Shown here: piece after piece, positions 1-8,167 of the stretch | Layout of the letters: each line of letters opens with the position of its first letter | How positions within the stretch are numbered: position 1 is the stretch's first letter | The notes under the pieces: model-generated | Told to the model about the DNA's origin: nothing | The model's database searches: none | What the model saw: the letters and a program-made list of their open reading frames with translations, nothing else | NCBI RefSeq assembly: GCF_000022265.1 | Contig: NC_011979.1 | Location: 1,290,001 to 1,322,000, forward strand | DNA from: Geotalea daltonii FRC-32 | GTDB lineage: Bacteria > Desulfobacterota > Desulfuromonadia > Geobacterales > Geobacteraceae | Length of the DNA: 32,000 bases | Direction of reading: 5' to 3' | Translations under genes and position numbers: made by a program

Positions 1-161
1 TTGCGTCTCCAGAAATCCAGCAAAATCTTGATGGTTGAAGAGATTGACAGGTAAAATAATTTAATAAACACCGTCGCCATGCCGATATTTCAAAGAAGGA
101 CTGCAAGTCTCAGGACTGCTTGAAGCTGATAATTTTGACAGCGTTTGGATAAGGGGCATTG

Positions 162-440
162 ATGCCGGAGCCACAACGGTATGAGAGGATAGAGGTCGCC
201 CTGAAGATCAGGATTGCCTGGCCCGACAAGGGTACGGTCATCGGCACCACCAGATATGTCAGTGATGACGAGACACTCCTTGTTGCCGATTTTGACGAGG
301 TGCCTGCACCCGGGACGGAAATGCTGCTGCAGTTGGACTGCACCGTTCTTGAACGGGAGGCGCCAATAGTTAAGGCAACGGTGCTGCGGGCAGAGGGGCG
401 GGAGATAATTTTTCGCCTGCCCGTTGAAAATGCCGGCTGA
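162..440 (+). CDS. small PilZ-like (degenerate) protein, hypothetical
   Basis: ORF of about 92 codons. AAGGGG lies 5 nt upstream of ATG 162 (TTG 159 is an alternative). The short beta-rich sequence resembles a PilZ barrel, but the canonical RxxxR and D/NxSxxG motifs are not intact (QRYER; YVSDDE). It sits directly upstream of the GGDEF-EAL sensor gene. Confidence 0.4.
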   Translation: MPEPQRYERIEVALKIRIAWPDKGTVIGTTRYVSDDETLLVADFDEVPAPGTEMLLQLDCTVLEREAPIVKATVLRAEGREIIFRLPVENAG

Positions 441-484
441 TCAAGGAACTTGCCGGCTGTCTGCCGGCGTAGGGAAGGAAAGGA

Positions 485-3289
485 ATGGCATTCATCAGTC
501 TTAAAACCAAGATGTCCGTTGCCGTTTCCCTGCTGGTGATCGCATTGGTTGGTGCGCTGGCCCTCTCCCTGTTCTCTTATTTTGAGAACCAGACAAAAAA
601 GTCCATTGCCCAACACCAGGCAGTTCTCATATCGGGAATTGCCGATGATATTGACGACAAGATCCTGCGCTCCCTTAATGCGCTCATCTCGGTGGCAAAG
701 ACCATTTCCCCCGACATCATCAATGATCCGGAAAAGGCGCAGATATTCCTGGACAAACGACCGGGCACCCATTCCATATTCGATAACGGGCTTTTCCTTT
801 TCTCTGCCGATGGCAAAATCATCGCCGAGAGCCCATATCGCCCGGGACGAAGGGGGCGGGACATCTCCTTTCGCGACTATTATAAAAAAACAGTGGCCAC
901 CCAGAGGCCGCAAATTTCCGATCCATATCTTTCCACCCATAATCCTGGAAAACCGGCCATTATCCTCACTGTCCCTGTTTTTGATTCCAGCGGTCGTTTG
1001 CAAGCCATTTTTGCCGGCAGCCTCGATCTGACAAAGCAGAACTTTCTCGGCAAACTTTCACACATCAGGCTGGGCAGAACGGGCTATCTTTTTCTCTTTA
1101 CCACCGATGGCACTTTTGTCATGCATCCTGATCCAGGGAGGATCTTAAGGCCTGGTACCCTGATCGGGAGCAGCTTTTTCCACATGGCTGCCAACGGTTT
1201 CGAAGGGACCAAGGAAAGGGAAAATTCACGGGGCATCCGCGTTCTAACAACCTACAGGCATCTGCGTGCCACCAACTGGATCCTCGGCGCAAACTACCCT
1301 CTCAAGGAAGCCTATGCTCCGGTGGAGCAAGCAAAGTTTTATGTCGCATTGGCCTCTTTTTTCGGCATCATTCTTTCCATTCTGGTCGTCTGGCTTGGCA
1401 TGAGGTACCTGACCATGCCTCTGCTGAACATGGCCCGACATATCAGGAGCATGCACGGTGAGCCGGGTAAAACATCCCCGGTGGAGGTACTGTCGGAGGA
1501 CGAAATAGGCGAACTGGGGTTGGCATTTAACGATCTGCTGGACCGTGTGGGAAAAGAACAGGAAGCATTGCGCGAAGCCGTGCTGACTGCAAAAAATGAA
1601 CGGGCCAAATCGGAGGCGATCGTTGCCGCCCTGGGCGATGGCATGAGCATGGTTGATACAGACTTCAAGGTCCTGTACCAGAATAAGGTTCACCAGACCT
1701 TGGCTGGTGGGGAATTCATCGGCAGCTACTGTTATCAGGCATTCGAAGGCAAGGATGCTCCCTGCAGCGGCTGCCCGGTGGCAATGTCCTTTGCCGATGG
1801 TTTAGTACATACGGCGGAACGGGTCGTTGAGCGGGACGGAGAAAAACTGTACCTGGAAATAACTGCCTCCCCACTTTTTGATTACGATGGCCGGATAAAC
1901 GCCGGTATCGAGGTGGTGCGGAATATTTCCAGGAGGAAGCAGATGGAATCAGCCATTGAACAGATGGCTTTTCACGATGCACTGACCGGCCTTCCCAACA
2001 GGCGGTTGTTCAATGAGCGGCTGGCTCAGGCAATTGCATATGCCCAGCGCAATGATCAATTTCTTGCGGTCATGTTTCTCGACCTTGACCACTTCAAGGA
2101 CATCAATGACAGCCTTGGCCATACCATCGGCGATGAACTGTTGAAGGAGGTCGCTACGCGGCTGAAACGCTGTGGAAGAAGGGCTGAAGACACTATCGCT
2201 CGCCAGGGTGGCGATGAGTTTCTGCTGTTCCTTTCTGAAATAAAGGACAAAGAAGATGCTGTGCACCTTGCAGCTCTTCTCTTGCAGGAGATGACTGCTC
2301 CTTTTATCCTGTCCGGCTATGAACTCTTTGTCAGCGTCAGCATCGGCATCAGCATTTATCCCCATGATGGAAGGGACGTGGAGACCCTGGCAAGTAACGC
2401 CGATATTGCCATGTACCGGGCAAAACAACAGGGGCGAAACAGCGTTAACCTGTATAATCATTCAATGGGAGAAAAAAACCGGCAGCGGCTGACAGTGGAG
2501 ACAAGCCTGCGGCGGGCTATCGGAAAAAACCAGCTGGTGCTCCACTACCAGCCTCAGGTGTCGGTACATTCGGGAAAAATAATCGGCATGGAGGCACTGG
2601 TGCGCTGGAATCATCCCGAGCAGGGGTTGCTGCTGCCCACTTCCTTCATCCCCCAGGCGGAGGAAACCGGGTTGATCCTAGATCTTGGAGAATGGGTGCT
2701 GGAGACTGCCGCTGCCCAGAACAAAGCCTGGCAGGATGCCGGTTATCCACCGGTGAAGATTTCTGTCAATTATTCACAGAGGCAATTGCGTCAGCAAGAT
2801 TTTGTGGAGAAGCTGCTGAAGTCACTGAAACAGACGGGACTGGAAGCACGCTGGCTCGAACTGGAAATACGGGAAGCGGTGATGGCCGAAGGCATTATGG
2901 ATAACCTGCAGGCGCTGGCGGCCCTGCGTGACGTGGGGGTGCGGATCGCCATCGACAATTTCGGCGCCGGATATTCCTGTCTGAAACAACTGGGGGATTT
3001 CCCCCTGGATGCATTGAAGATCGATCTTTCTTTTGTCTCCCAGATCTCGTCGAGTGAGGTGAAAAAAGCTATTGCCGGGACTGTTGCCAGCCTTGCGAAG
3101 GGCTTGCACCTGTCGGTCATTGCCCAGGGGGTGGAAACCAAAGAACAGATGCAGCTGCTTTGTTCTCTCGGCTATGGGGAAATGCAGGGCAATTACTTCA
3201 GCAATCCATTGCCGGCCGAAGAAGCAGGGTTGCTGCTTTCAAGGGAAAATGACTGGAGTGGTCCGCTCTGGCAGCTCAGCCAGAAGTAG
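485..3289 (+). CDS. membrane sensor diguanylate cyclase/phosphodiesterase (TM - Cache-like periplasmic domain - TM - HAMP - PAS - GGDEF - EAL)
   Basis: RBS GGAAGGAAAGGA precedes ATG 485. There are two hydrophobic segments flanking a periplasmic region of about 250 aa. GGDEF motif at nt 2207-2221 with an RxxD I-site (RAED) 5 residues upstream. EAL at nt 2591-2599, plus KID, QGVE and QG motifs. The DDFG motif reads DNFG. Confidence 0.95.
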   Translation: MAFISLKTKMSVAVSLLVIALVGALALSLFSYFENQTKKSIAQHQAVLISGIADDIDDKILRSLNALISVAKTISPDIINDPEKAQIFLDKRPGTHSIFDNGLFLFSADGKIIAESPYRPGRRGRDISFRDYYKKTVATQRPQISDPYLSTHNPGKPAIILTVPVFDSSGRLQAIFAGSLDLTKQNFLGKLSHIRLGRTGYLFLFTTDGTFVMHPDPGRILRPGTLIGSSFFHMAANGFEGTKERENSRGIRVLTTYRHLRATNWILGANYPLKEAYAPVEQAKFYVALASFFGIILSILVVWLGMRYLTMPLLNMARHIRSMHGEPGKTSPVEVLSEDEIGELGLAFNDLLDRVGKEQEALREAVLTAKNERAKSEAIVAALGDGMSMVDTDFKVLYQNKVHQTLAGGEFIGSYCYQAFEGKDAPCSGCPVAMSFADGLVHTAERVVERDGEKLYLEITASPLFDYDGRINAGIEVVRNISRRKQMESAIEQMAFHDALTGLPNRRLFNERLAQAIAYAQRNDQFLAVMFLDLDHFKDINDSLGHTIGDELLKEVATRLKRCGRRAEDTIARQGGDEFLLFLSEIKDKEDAVHLAALLLQEMTAPFILSGYELFVSVSIGISIYPHDGRDVETLASNADIAMYRAKQQGRNSVNLYNHSMGEKNRQRLTVETSLRRAIGKNQLVLHYQPQVSVHSGKIIGMEALVRWNHPEQGLLLPTSFIPQAEETGLILDLGEWVLETAAAQNKAWQDAGYPPVKISVNYSQRQLRQQDFVEKLLKSLKQTGLEARWLELEIREAVMAEGIMDNLQALAALRDVGVRIAIDNFGAGYSCLKQLGDFPLDALKIDLSFVSQISSSEVKKAIAGTVASLAKGLHLSVIAQGVETKEQMQLLCSLGYGEMQGNYFSNPLPAEEAGLLLSRENDWSGPLWQLSQK

Positions 3290-3358
3290 CATGGGAGCTT
3301 GTATTCATCCATTTTTCAGTTACACTTCTGGAATTACAGCGCAACTGGAGGATGCACT

Positions 3359-3877
3359 ATGCTTCTGGAGAGAAAAAATGTGGTGACGTTCAAGGAAAAA
3401 CCGGTAACGTTGCTGGGCCCCCAACTGAGGGTCGGCGATCCGGCTCCGGACTTTACCGTCGTTGACAATGCACTGGCGCCGATTACTCTTGCCAGCTACC
3501 AGGGGAAGGTAAAGGTCATAAGTGCGGTACCGTCTCTGGATACACCTGTATGCGAGATGGAAACCCGCCGCTTTAACCAGGAGGCAGCTACACTGCCGGA
3601 CAATGTGGTGGTGCTGACAGTGAGCCTTGATCTGCCCTTTGCCCAGAAACGCTGGTGCGGGGCGTCCGGTATCGACCGGGTCATCACCCTGTCCGATTAC
3701 CAGGAGCGCTCCTTTGGCCAGGCTTATGGCGTGCTGGTAAAGGAGTTGAAATTGCTCTGCCGTACCATCTTCATCATCGACGACAAAAACCTCATCCGCT
3801 ATATCCAGTTTGTTCCCGAGATTACACATGAACCGGATTATGCTGCGGTCATCGGTGCGGTGAAAAATCTGGTCTAG
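3359..3877 (+). CDS. tpx: thiol peroxidase (atypical 2-Cys peroxiredoxin, Tpx)
   Basis: Full-length similarity to the Tpx family (SAVPSLDTPVCEMETRRFN peroxidatic Cys context; FAQKRWCGA resolving Cys). GGAGGA at 3347-3352 supports ATG 3359 rather than the upstream ATG 3299. Confidence 0.9.
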   Translation: MLLERKNVVTFKEKPVTLLGPQLRVGDPAPDFTVVDNALAPITLASYQGKVKVISAVPSLDTPVCEMETRRFNQEAATLPDNVVVLTVSLDLPFAQKRWCGASGIDRVITLSDYQERSFGQAYGVLVKELKLLCRTIFIIDDKNLIRYIQFVPEITHEPDYAAVIGAVKNLV

Positions 3878-3893
3878 CTACACCCATTGCGGT

Positions 3894-3930
3894 GAAAAAA
3901 GCCCCCTCCGTACAGGAAGGGGCTTTTTTT
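3894..3930. terminator. rho-independent terminator, potentially bidirectional (tpx and the convergent membrane-protein gene)
   Basis: 10-bp GC-rich stem with one mismatch (3900-3909 pairs with 3915-3924) and a 5-nt loop. It is followed by T7 (3924-3930) and preceded by an A run (3895-3900). Confidence 0.8.
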
Positions 3931-3994
3931 GGGTACAAGAGGGTTTCCCTTTGGCCGTCTATTCCCTGAATAAACCAGCCCTATGGAACGATTG

Positions 3995-4285
3995 TCACGG
4001 CTCGGTATCGTCGTCGGCATAATGGTCGATGTAAATTTTCTTGTCCACGCGGTCGAGGCCATGGGCAATAAGCCGTAATCCCATCATTATCAGGATCAGT
4101 CCGGTAAAGACGCTTGTCGCATGGCGAAATACGAGCAGCGTGGTGCCGATGCTGATATAGAAAATCCCGAGACGCTGGCATTTATGCTGCTTTTCCTCTC
4201 CCGTCCGCGACACGGCGAAGGCGTAAAACTGATAAAACATGATTACAAAGACCATCGTTGCCAGGTATTCAATAAATATAATCAT
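3995..4285 (-). CDS. small integral membrane protein, hypothetical (about 3 TM segments, acidic C-terminus)
   Basis: 96-codon ORF with GGAGGA 6-7 nt upstream of the ATG (reverse complement of 4290-4297). Three hydrophobic stretches. Locally more AT-rich than its neighbours. No family recognised. Confidence 0.55.
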   Translation of the reverse strand: MIIFIEYLATMVFVIMFYQFYAFAVSRTGEEKQHKCQRLGIFYISIGTTLLVFRHATSVFTGLILIMMGLRLIAHGLDRVDKKIYIDHYADDDTEP

Positions 4286-4449
4286 AGCCGTTCCTCCTGC
4301 ACAAATAATAATATAACCATGTAGCAGCTATTGTACAATGCCTGTCATGGAAAGCCCAAGGTGGGTGCATTTCTCCTGCCCCTGATTTTGATGCATGACT
4401 GTCTGAAAATTGTTATAGTGCCATGGAACCTTATCTGAAGGAGAGACGG

Positions 4450-5106
4450 ATGGATGTAACGTTAAACGAAGTAGAGGTGCGGGTTCTCGGTTCACTGATC
4501 GAAAAGGAGCTGACTACTCCGGAATATTACCCATTGAGCCTTAATGCGCTGACCAATGCCTGCAATCAAAAATCCAACCGGGATCCGGTGCTGAACCTGG
4601 ATGAAGGGGAGGTGGTCAGGGCTCTGGACAGTCTCAAGTTCAAGCAGTTGGCTTTGTTATCCGGCGAAGGGGGAAGAGTCCCCAAGTATCGCCATGCACT
4701 GATGGAAAAACTGCGCCTGGATCCACCGGAACTGGCGGTTTTGGCTGAACTGCTGCTGCGAGGTCCGCAGACAGTGGGAGAACTGCGAACCAGGGGGGAG
4801 CGGATGCATCCTTTTCCCGATCTTCCGGCTATTGAAGAGGTTCTGGAAGAGCTGATGGCCAGGACTCCGGCCTTGGTGATGCGACTGCCGCGCCAACCGG
4901 GAAGAAAGGATTCCCGCTATGCACAGCTCTTTGCCGGGGAGCCGCAAACTGCGGCAGAGCAGTCGCCACCACCGGAAGCGGCACGGCTCAGGGTGGTTGC
5001 GGAAAACGAGCGTATTGGCCACCTTGAAGAGGAGGTCGTCCACCTGCGTGGGGAGGTGGCAGAGTTGCGACGTCTGGTGGAAGAATTCAAATCCCAGTTT
5101 GAGTAA
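4450..5106 (+). CDS. yceH: YceH family protein (DUF480/UPF0502)
   Basis: Clear similarity along the whole length to E. coli YceH (LTTPEYYPLSLNALTNACNQKSNRDPV, LLLRGPQTVGELRTRGERM, GRKDSRYAQLFAGE, C-terminal coiled coil). GAAGGAGAG at 4437-4445 supports ATG 4450 over ATG 4423. Confidence 0.8.
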   Translation: MDVTLNEVEVRVLGSLIEKELTTPEYYPLSLNALTNACNQKSNRDPVLNLDEGEVVRALDSLKFKQLALLSGEGGRVPKYRHALMEKLRLDPPELAVLAELLLRGPQTVGELRTRGERMHPFPDLPAIEEVLEELMARTPALVMRLPRQPGRKDSRYAQLFAGEPQTAAEQSPPPEAARLRVVAENERIGHLEEEVVHLRGEVAELRRLVEEFKSQFE

Positions 5107-5109
5107 AAA

Positions 5110-5721
5110 ATGGACAGATGCACGTGTAAAAACAGAGAAATCACCCTCTTTGAAACCATTGAGTGCGTTCTTTCGAACCTTGGGCACGAGGCACTCCCGG
5201 CCGACCGGCGTGTTCCTGCCGCTGTGGCGTTGATCCTGCGTCATGGCCCGGCCGGCCCCGAAATGCTGTTCATCGAACGGGCAAAGCACAAGGGAGATCC
5301 CTGGTCGGGTGATCTGGGCTTTCCGGGTGGCAAGGTGGAAATGAGCGATGTGGATGCCTGCAGTGCCGCAAAGCGTGAGGCGTTGGAGGAGATCGGCATC
5401 GATCTGGCTGCCGCCCGTTACCTGGGTTGTCTTGCCGAGATCACCGGCGCCACCTTGCCGGTCAGGGTGACTTGTTTTGTCTTTGCCCTCGATGAAACCC
5501 CTGAACTGACCTTGAATGGCGAGGTTCAGGATGTTTTCTGGGTTTCCCTTGCCGATCTCCAAGACCTGAATCGTCACACCCTCACGTCGGTACGCATAAA
5601 AGGGGAGATGGTTCATTATCCTGCCGTCATCATGCCGTTTTCCGGTAAGCCACCCTTATGGGGACTTACCTACCGTCTGGTGAAACGTTTTTTCGAACTG
5701 CTGCCGGAGGGGATACTTTAG
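5110..5721 (+). CDS. Nudix hydrolase, CoA pyrophosphatase-like (NudL type)
   Basis: Nudix box GFPGGKVEMSDVDACSAAKREALEEIGI, preceded by an LFIERAxxxxxxxxGxxxFPGG signature typical of CoA pyrophosphatases. It starts 4 nt after the yceH stop. Confidence 0.8.
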   Translation: MDRCTCKNREITLFETIECVLSNLGHEALPADRRVPAAVALILRHGPAGPEMLFIERAKHKGDPWSGDLGFPGGKVEMSDVDACSAAKREALEEIGIDLAAARYLGCLAEITGATLPVRVTCFVFALDETPELTLNGEVQDVFWVSLADLQDLNRHTLTSVRIKGEMVHYPAVIMPFSGKPPLWGLTYRLVKRFFELLPEGIL

Positions 5722-5731
5722 ACTCGAATAT

Positions 5732-5764
5732 TGACGGTCAGGCCTCCAGTTAAAGTGACGGTCA
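5732..5764. promoter_or_regulatory. two copies of the 9-bp palindrome TGACGGTCA, a candidate operator upstream of the REC-PP2C gene
   Basis: TGACGGTCA occurs at 5732-5740 and again at 5756-5764 (24 bp start-to-start) in the 93-nt intergenic region. The second copy ends about 50 nt before ATG 5815. Confidence 0.3.
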
Positions 5765-5814
5765 CTGGGGACGATAAGAAGCAGTATGTGCCTGAAGCTG
5801 GCCAGGGGGGCTGA

Positions 5815-6966
5815 ATGGAACGCAGCAGGATTCTCCTTGTGGACGATACGCCGGAAAACCTGGAGCTGTTGGCCGAGATACTCGGTGAATCGTATGCCAC
5901 CATTTCCGCCGGCAACGGTGAAGCTGCACTCGTAGCAGCAAGTACCCAGCCGCTGCCTGACCTCATCCTCCTCGATATCAACATGCCGGACATGGACGGG
6001 TACGAAGTGTGCCGGAGATTGAAGGAAGACCCGCTCCTGCGGGAAATCCCCGTCATCTTTCTCAGTGGCCTCGATGCCACCCAGGATAAGGTGAAAGCGT
6101 TCAAGGCCGGTGGCGTCGATTACATTACCAAGCCATTCCAGTTCGATGAGATGCAGGCCCGGGTCACTACCCATGTGCGCCTCAGGCAGTTCCAGTCAGA
6201 ACTGGAGCAGAAGGGGCGGGAGCTGCAGGATGCCTATGACCGGCTGGACCGTGAATTCAGATGTGTCGGCGAGGTGCAGAAGAGCCTTTTACCTGACCGG
6301 TTACCGGATGTCCCCGGCTTCGATCTTGCCAGTTATTACTGTCCTGCCAGACGCGCCGGCGGTGACTATTTTGACGTCCTGCCCGTCAACGGCAAGCGAT
6401 GGGGGATTTTTGTCGCGGATGTGACCGGCCATGGGCCCCCTGCCGCCATCGTTACCGCCATGACCCATGTAATGCTTCATCTGGCTCCATGCAAGGACCA
6501 CCCCGACAAACTTCTCTCCTTTCTCAACAGAACCCTCTATGGCAGGACCCAGGAAGACCAGTTCGTAACTGCCTTCTATGGCATTCTCGATCCGGACAGC
6601 GGTGAATTCATCTTTTCCTCTGCCGGGCACACTCCACCTCTTCTTTGTAAAAAAACCGAAAATAGCAGAGCGGTCTGTTTTGACGCAGGTTTGCCCCTGG
6701 GTATCAACCCATTGGAAGAATACACCACAACCCGGCAGATTCTGGCAACGGGCGATATTTTTCTCCTCTATACCGACGGGATAACGGAAGCGGCCAGAAA
6801 CGACGGGGAGATGTTCGGACTGGAGCGGCTGATGACTGTATCGGGAGCGCAGCGGAATCTGAGCGCCGGCCAGTTCTGCGAAAGGTTGTGCCAGAATGTG
6901 GACCAGTTCAGAAGAGGGGTTGAACAGGGGGACGATGTAACGGTACTCGTTCTGAAGGCAAAATAA
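5815..6966 (+). CDS. response regulator receiver fused to a PP2C/SpoIIE-type serine phosphatase (RsbU-like)
   Basis: N-terminal REC domain (LLVDD, LILLDINMPDMDG, KP). A coiled linker, then a SpoIIE/PP2C domain (GGDYFDV, DVTGHG, LYTDGITE, DDVTVLV). Confidence 0.9.
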   Translation: MERSRILLVDDTPENLELLAEILGESYATISAGNGEAALVAASTQPLPDLILLDINMPDMDGYEVCRRLKEDPLLREIPVIFLSGLDATQDKVKAFKAGGVDYITKPFQFDEMQARVTTHVRLRQFQSELEQKGRELQDAYDRLDREFRCVGEVQKSLLPDRLPDVPGFDLASYYCPARRAGGDYFDVLPVNGKRWGIFVADVTGHGPPAAIVTAMTHVMLHLAPCKDHPDKLLSFLNRTLYGRTQEDQFVTAFYGILDPDSGEFIFSSAGHTPPLLCKKTENSRAVCFDAGLPLGINPLEEYTTTRQILATGDIFLLYTDGITEAARNDGEMFGLERLMTVSGAQRNLSAGQFCERLCQNVDQFRRGVEQGDDVTVLVLKAK

Positions 6967-6993
6967 TCTGCTATTCCATTCCTCCCGAAGCCC

Positions 6994-7021
6994 GAGACGA
7001 TCATGCCAGTCGTCTTTTTTT
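6994..7021 (+). terminator. rho-independent terminator after the REC-PP2C gene
   Basis: Stem GAGACGA/TCGTCT(T) of 6-7 bp with a 9-nt loop, followed by T7 (7015-7021). Confidence 0.55.
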
Positions 7022-7092
7022 GTGCAATCTTGACGTCGGTCCGCGAATAATTTATTGTCGTGCAACAAAACGACTGGAAAGCGAGACGTCCG

Positions 7093-7848
7093 ATGACAAA
7101 ATTCATTGTTGCTGCCAGTGTTGCATGGATTTTGATTGCCGCAGCCGGCGTTTGCCCGGCAGACGAAACATTGCCGGAAACGGCGGGCTGTCCACCACTG
7201 TCGCTGGCGCCCCTTGCCCTGCCACCAGGAGTTGAAACAAACCCTTATTCCTACCGCATATCCACCTATGGCGGCCAGCAGCCGATAAAGATTTTCTTTG
7301 CCTCGGGTGCCTTTCCGCCAGGGCTTGTCATGTCCCCGGCAGGTGAAATAACGGGTGTGCCCAAGATTTCGGGGACTTTCGAATTCAACCTGGTTGCTGA
7401 CGACAGCTGCCCGACCGGATCACAAAGGGTGTCCCGTTCCCTGAAGCTGGTCATCATCTCTGGAACGGGCCAGCAAGTGCAAGCATCGGTCATCAGGCAG
7501 CAGCAGTTGAAGTTGAAGGTGACGGCAATCCCGGCTGCGACTGCCCTGGCGGGCATAAAGCCTACCGAGCAGGTGGTGACTTACGAAATAGCGGCACAGC
7601 CTCCTGAAACGGCAACCCTGCATTCTCCCGGAGGGACCTTCTCCGTTGCCGGATCCGTTGTGGAGTCGGTTCCCGCGCCATTGGCCATAGCCATCATCAA
7701 CGGAAGGGCAAAGGTTTCCGAGAAGGTGACGGTTTCGGCGAGAGTTCTGGAAAGAGCCCGGCGCGAAAAGTCAAAGATCATCTATAGCCGCCCATTCAGT
7801 GGCAGGCAGACCACTGAACTGGCGATGGTGGATTTTACCCTTGAATGA
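7093..7848 (+). CDS. secreted protein with a putative Ig-like (He_PIG/cadherin-like) domain, hypothetical
   Basis: Signal peptide MTKFIVAASVAWILIAAAGVCPA. The segment YSYRISTYGGQQPIKIFFASGAFPPGLVMSPAGEITGVPKISGTFEFNLVADD matches the typical putative-Ig-domain pattern. ATG 7093 is preferred to ATG 7060. Confidence 0.65.
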   Translation: MTKFIVAASVAWILIAAAGVCPADETLPETAGCPPLSLAPLALPPGVETNPYSYRISTYGGQQPIKIFFASGAFPPGLVMSPAGEITGVPKISGTFEFNLVADDSCPTGSQRVSRSLKLVIISGTGQQVQASVIRQQQLKLKVTAIPAATALAGIKPTEQVVTYEIAAQPPETATLHSPGGTFSVAGSVVESVPAPLAIAIINGRAKVSEKVTVSARVLERARREKSKIIYSRPFSGRQTTELAMVDFTLE

Positions 7849-7864
7849 TAAAAGGAGATTTAGC

Positions 7865-8167
7865 GTGAAACCTGGTAAAGAAGAGCTGGCCCTGGCAATA
7901 GACGTGGCGGAATGGGGCTGGCTACGGGTGCACCTGGAAAGAGACGGGCTGATACTGATTTCCTCCGACATGGACCTGGCGGAAGCGGGATGGAGGATAG
8001 CCACCGACGATACCCCTGTTATCAGCGGCTGGATCGAATCGGGCACGGTCGGCAAACCCTCGCTGGCGCAGATTGCCAAGTGGGATGAGGACAAGGGGAA
8101 GCAGTTCCAGATGCTGATTGTCAGCCCATATATCCTCATTCAGGATAAGGCTCTGAATATACAATGA
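7865..8167 (+). CDS. DUF2288 family protein
   Basis: AAAAGGAGA at 7850-7858, then GTG 7865, 17 nt after the upstream stop. The sequence (WLRVHLERDGLILISSDMDLAEAGWRIATDD...SGWIESG...LIVSPYILIQ) resembles the DUF2288 family. The longer ORF from 7799 overlaps the upstream gene and lacks an RBS. Confidence 0.65.
   Translation: MKPGKEELALAIDVAEWGWLRVHLERDGLILISSDMDLAEAGWRIATDDTPVISGWIESGTVGKPSLAQIAKWDEDKGKQFQMLIVSPYILIQDKALNIQ

Noticed and set aside
1-54. Possible 3' end of a plus-strand gene (..KILMVEEIDR, stop at 52-54)
   Set aside because: Only 17 codons are visible and there are no recognisable features. That is too little to support a feature call.
110-1003. 297-codon minus-strand ORF overlapping the PilZ-like ORF and the start of the GGDEF-EAL gene
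   Set aside because: It is antisense to a gene with unambiguous domain content. The translation is low-complexity (R/S/G-rich) with no recognisable motifs or RBS. This is typical of a stop-free antisense frame in GC-rich coding DNA.
3299-3358. N-terminal extensions offered by the ORF track. They affect tpx 3299, yceH 4423, the Ig-like gene 7060, DUF2288 7799, serS 10549, TRIC 12799, degP 14973, ldt 15978, ald 16436, haloperoxidase-like 23919 and phosphatase 25702.
   Set aside because: In each case an internal start has a proper Shine-Dalgarno sequence at 4-8 nt. The internal start also matches the family N-terminus or signal peptide, or it removes an overlap with the upstream gene. The longer forms add non-conserved residues.
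4657-5616. 319-codon minus-strand ORF spanning the yceH and Nudix genes
   Set aside because: It crosses two well-supported plus-strand genes and their junction. It has no motifs and no RBS.
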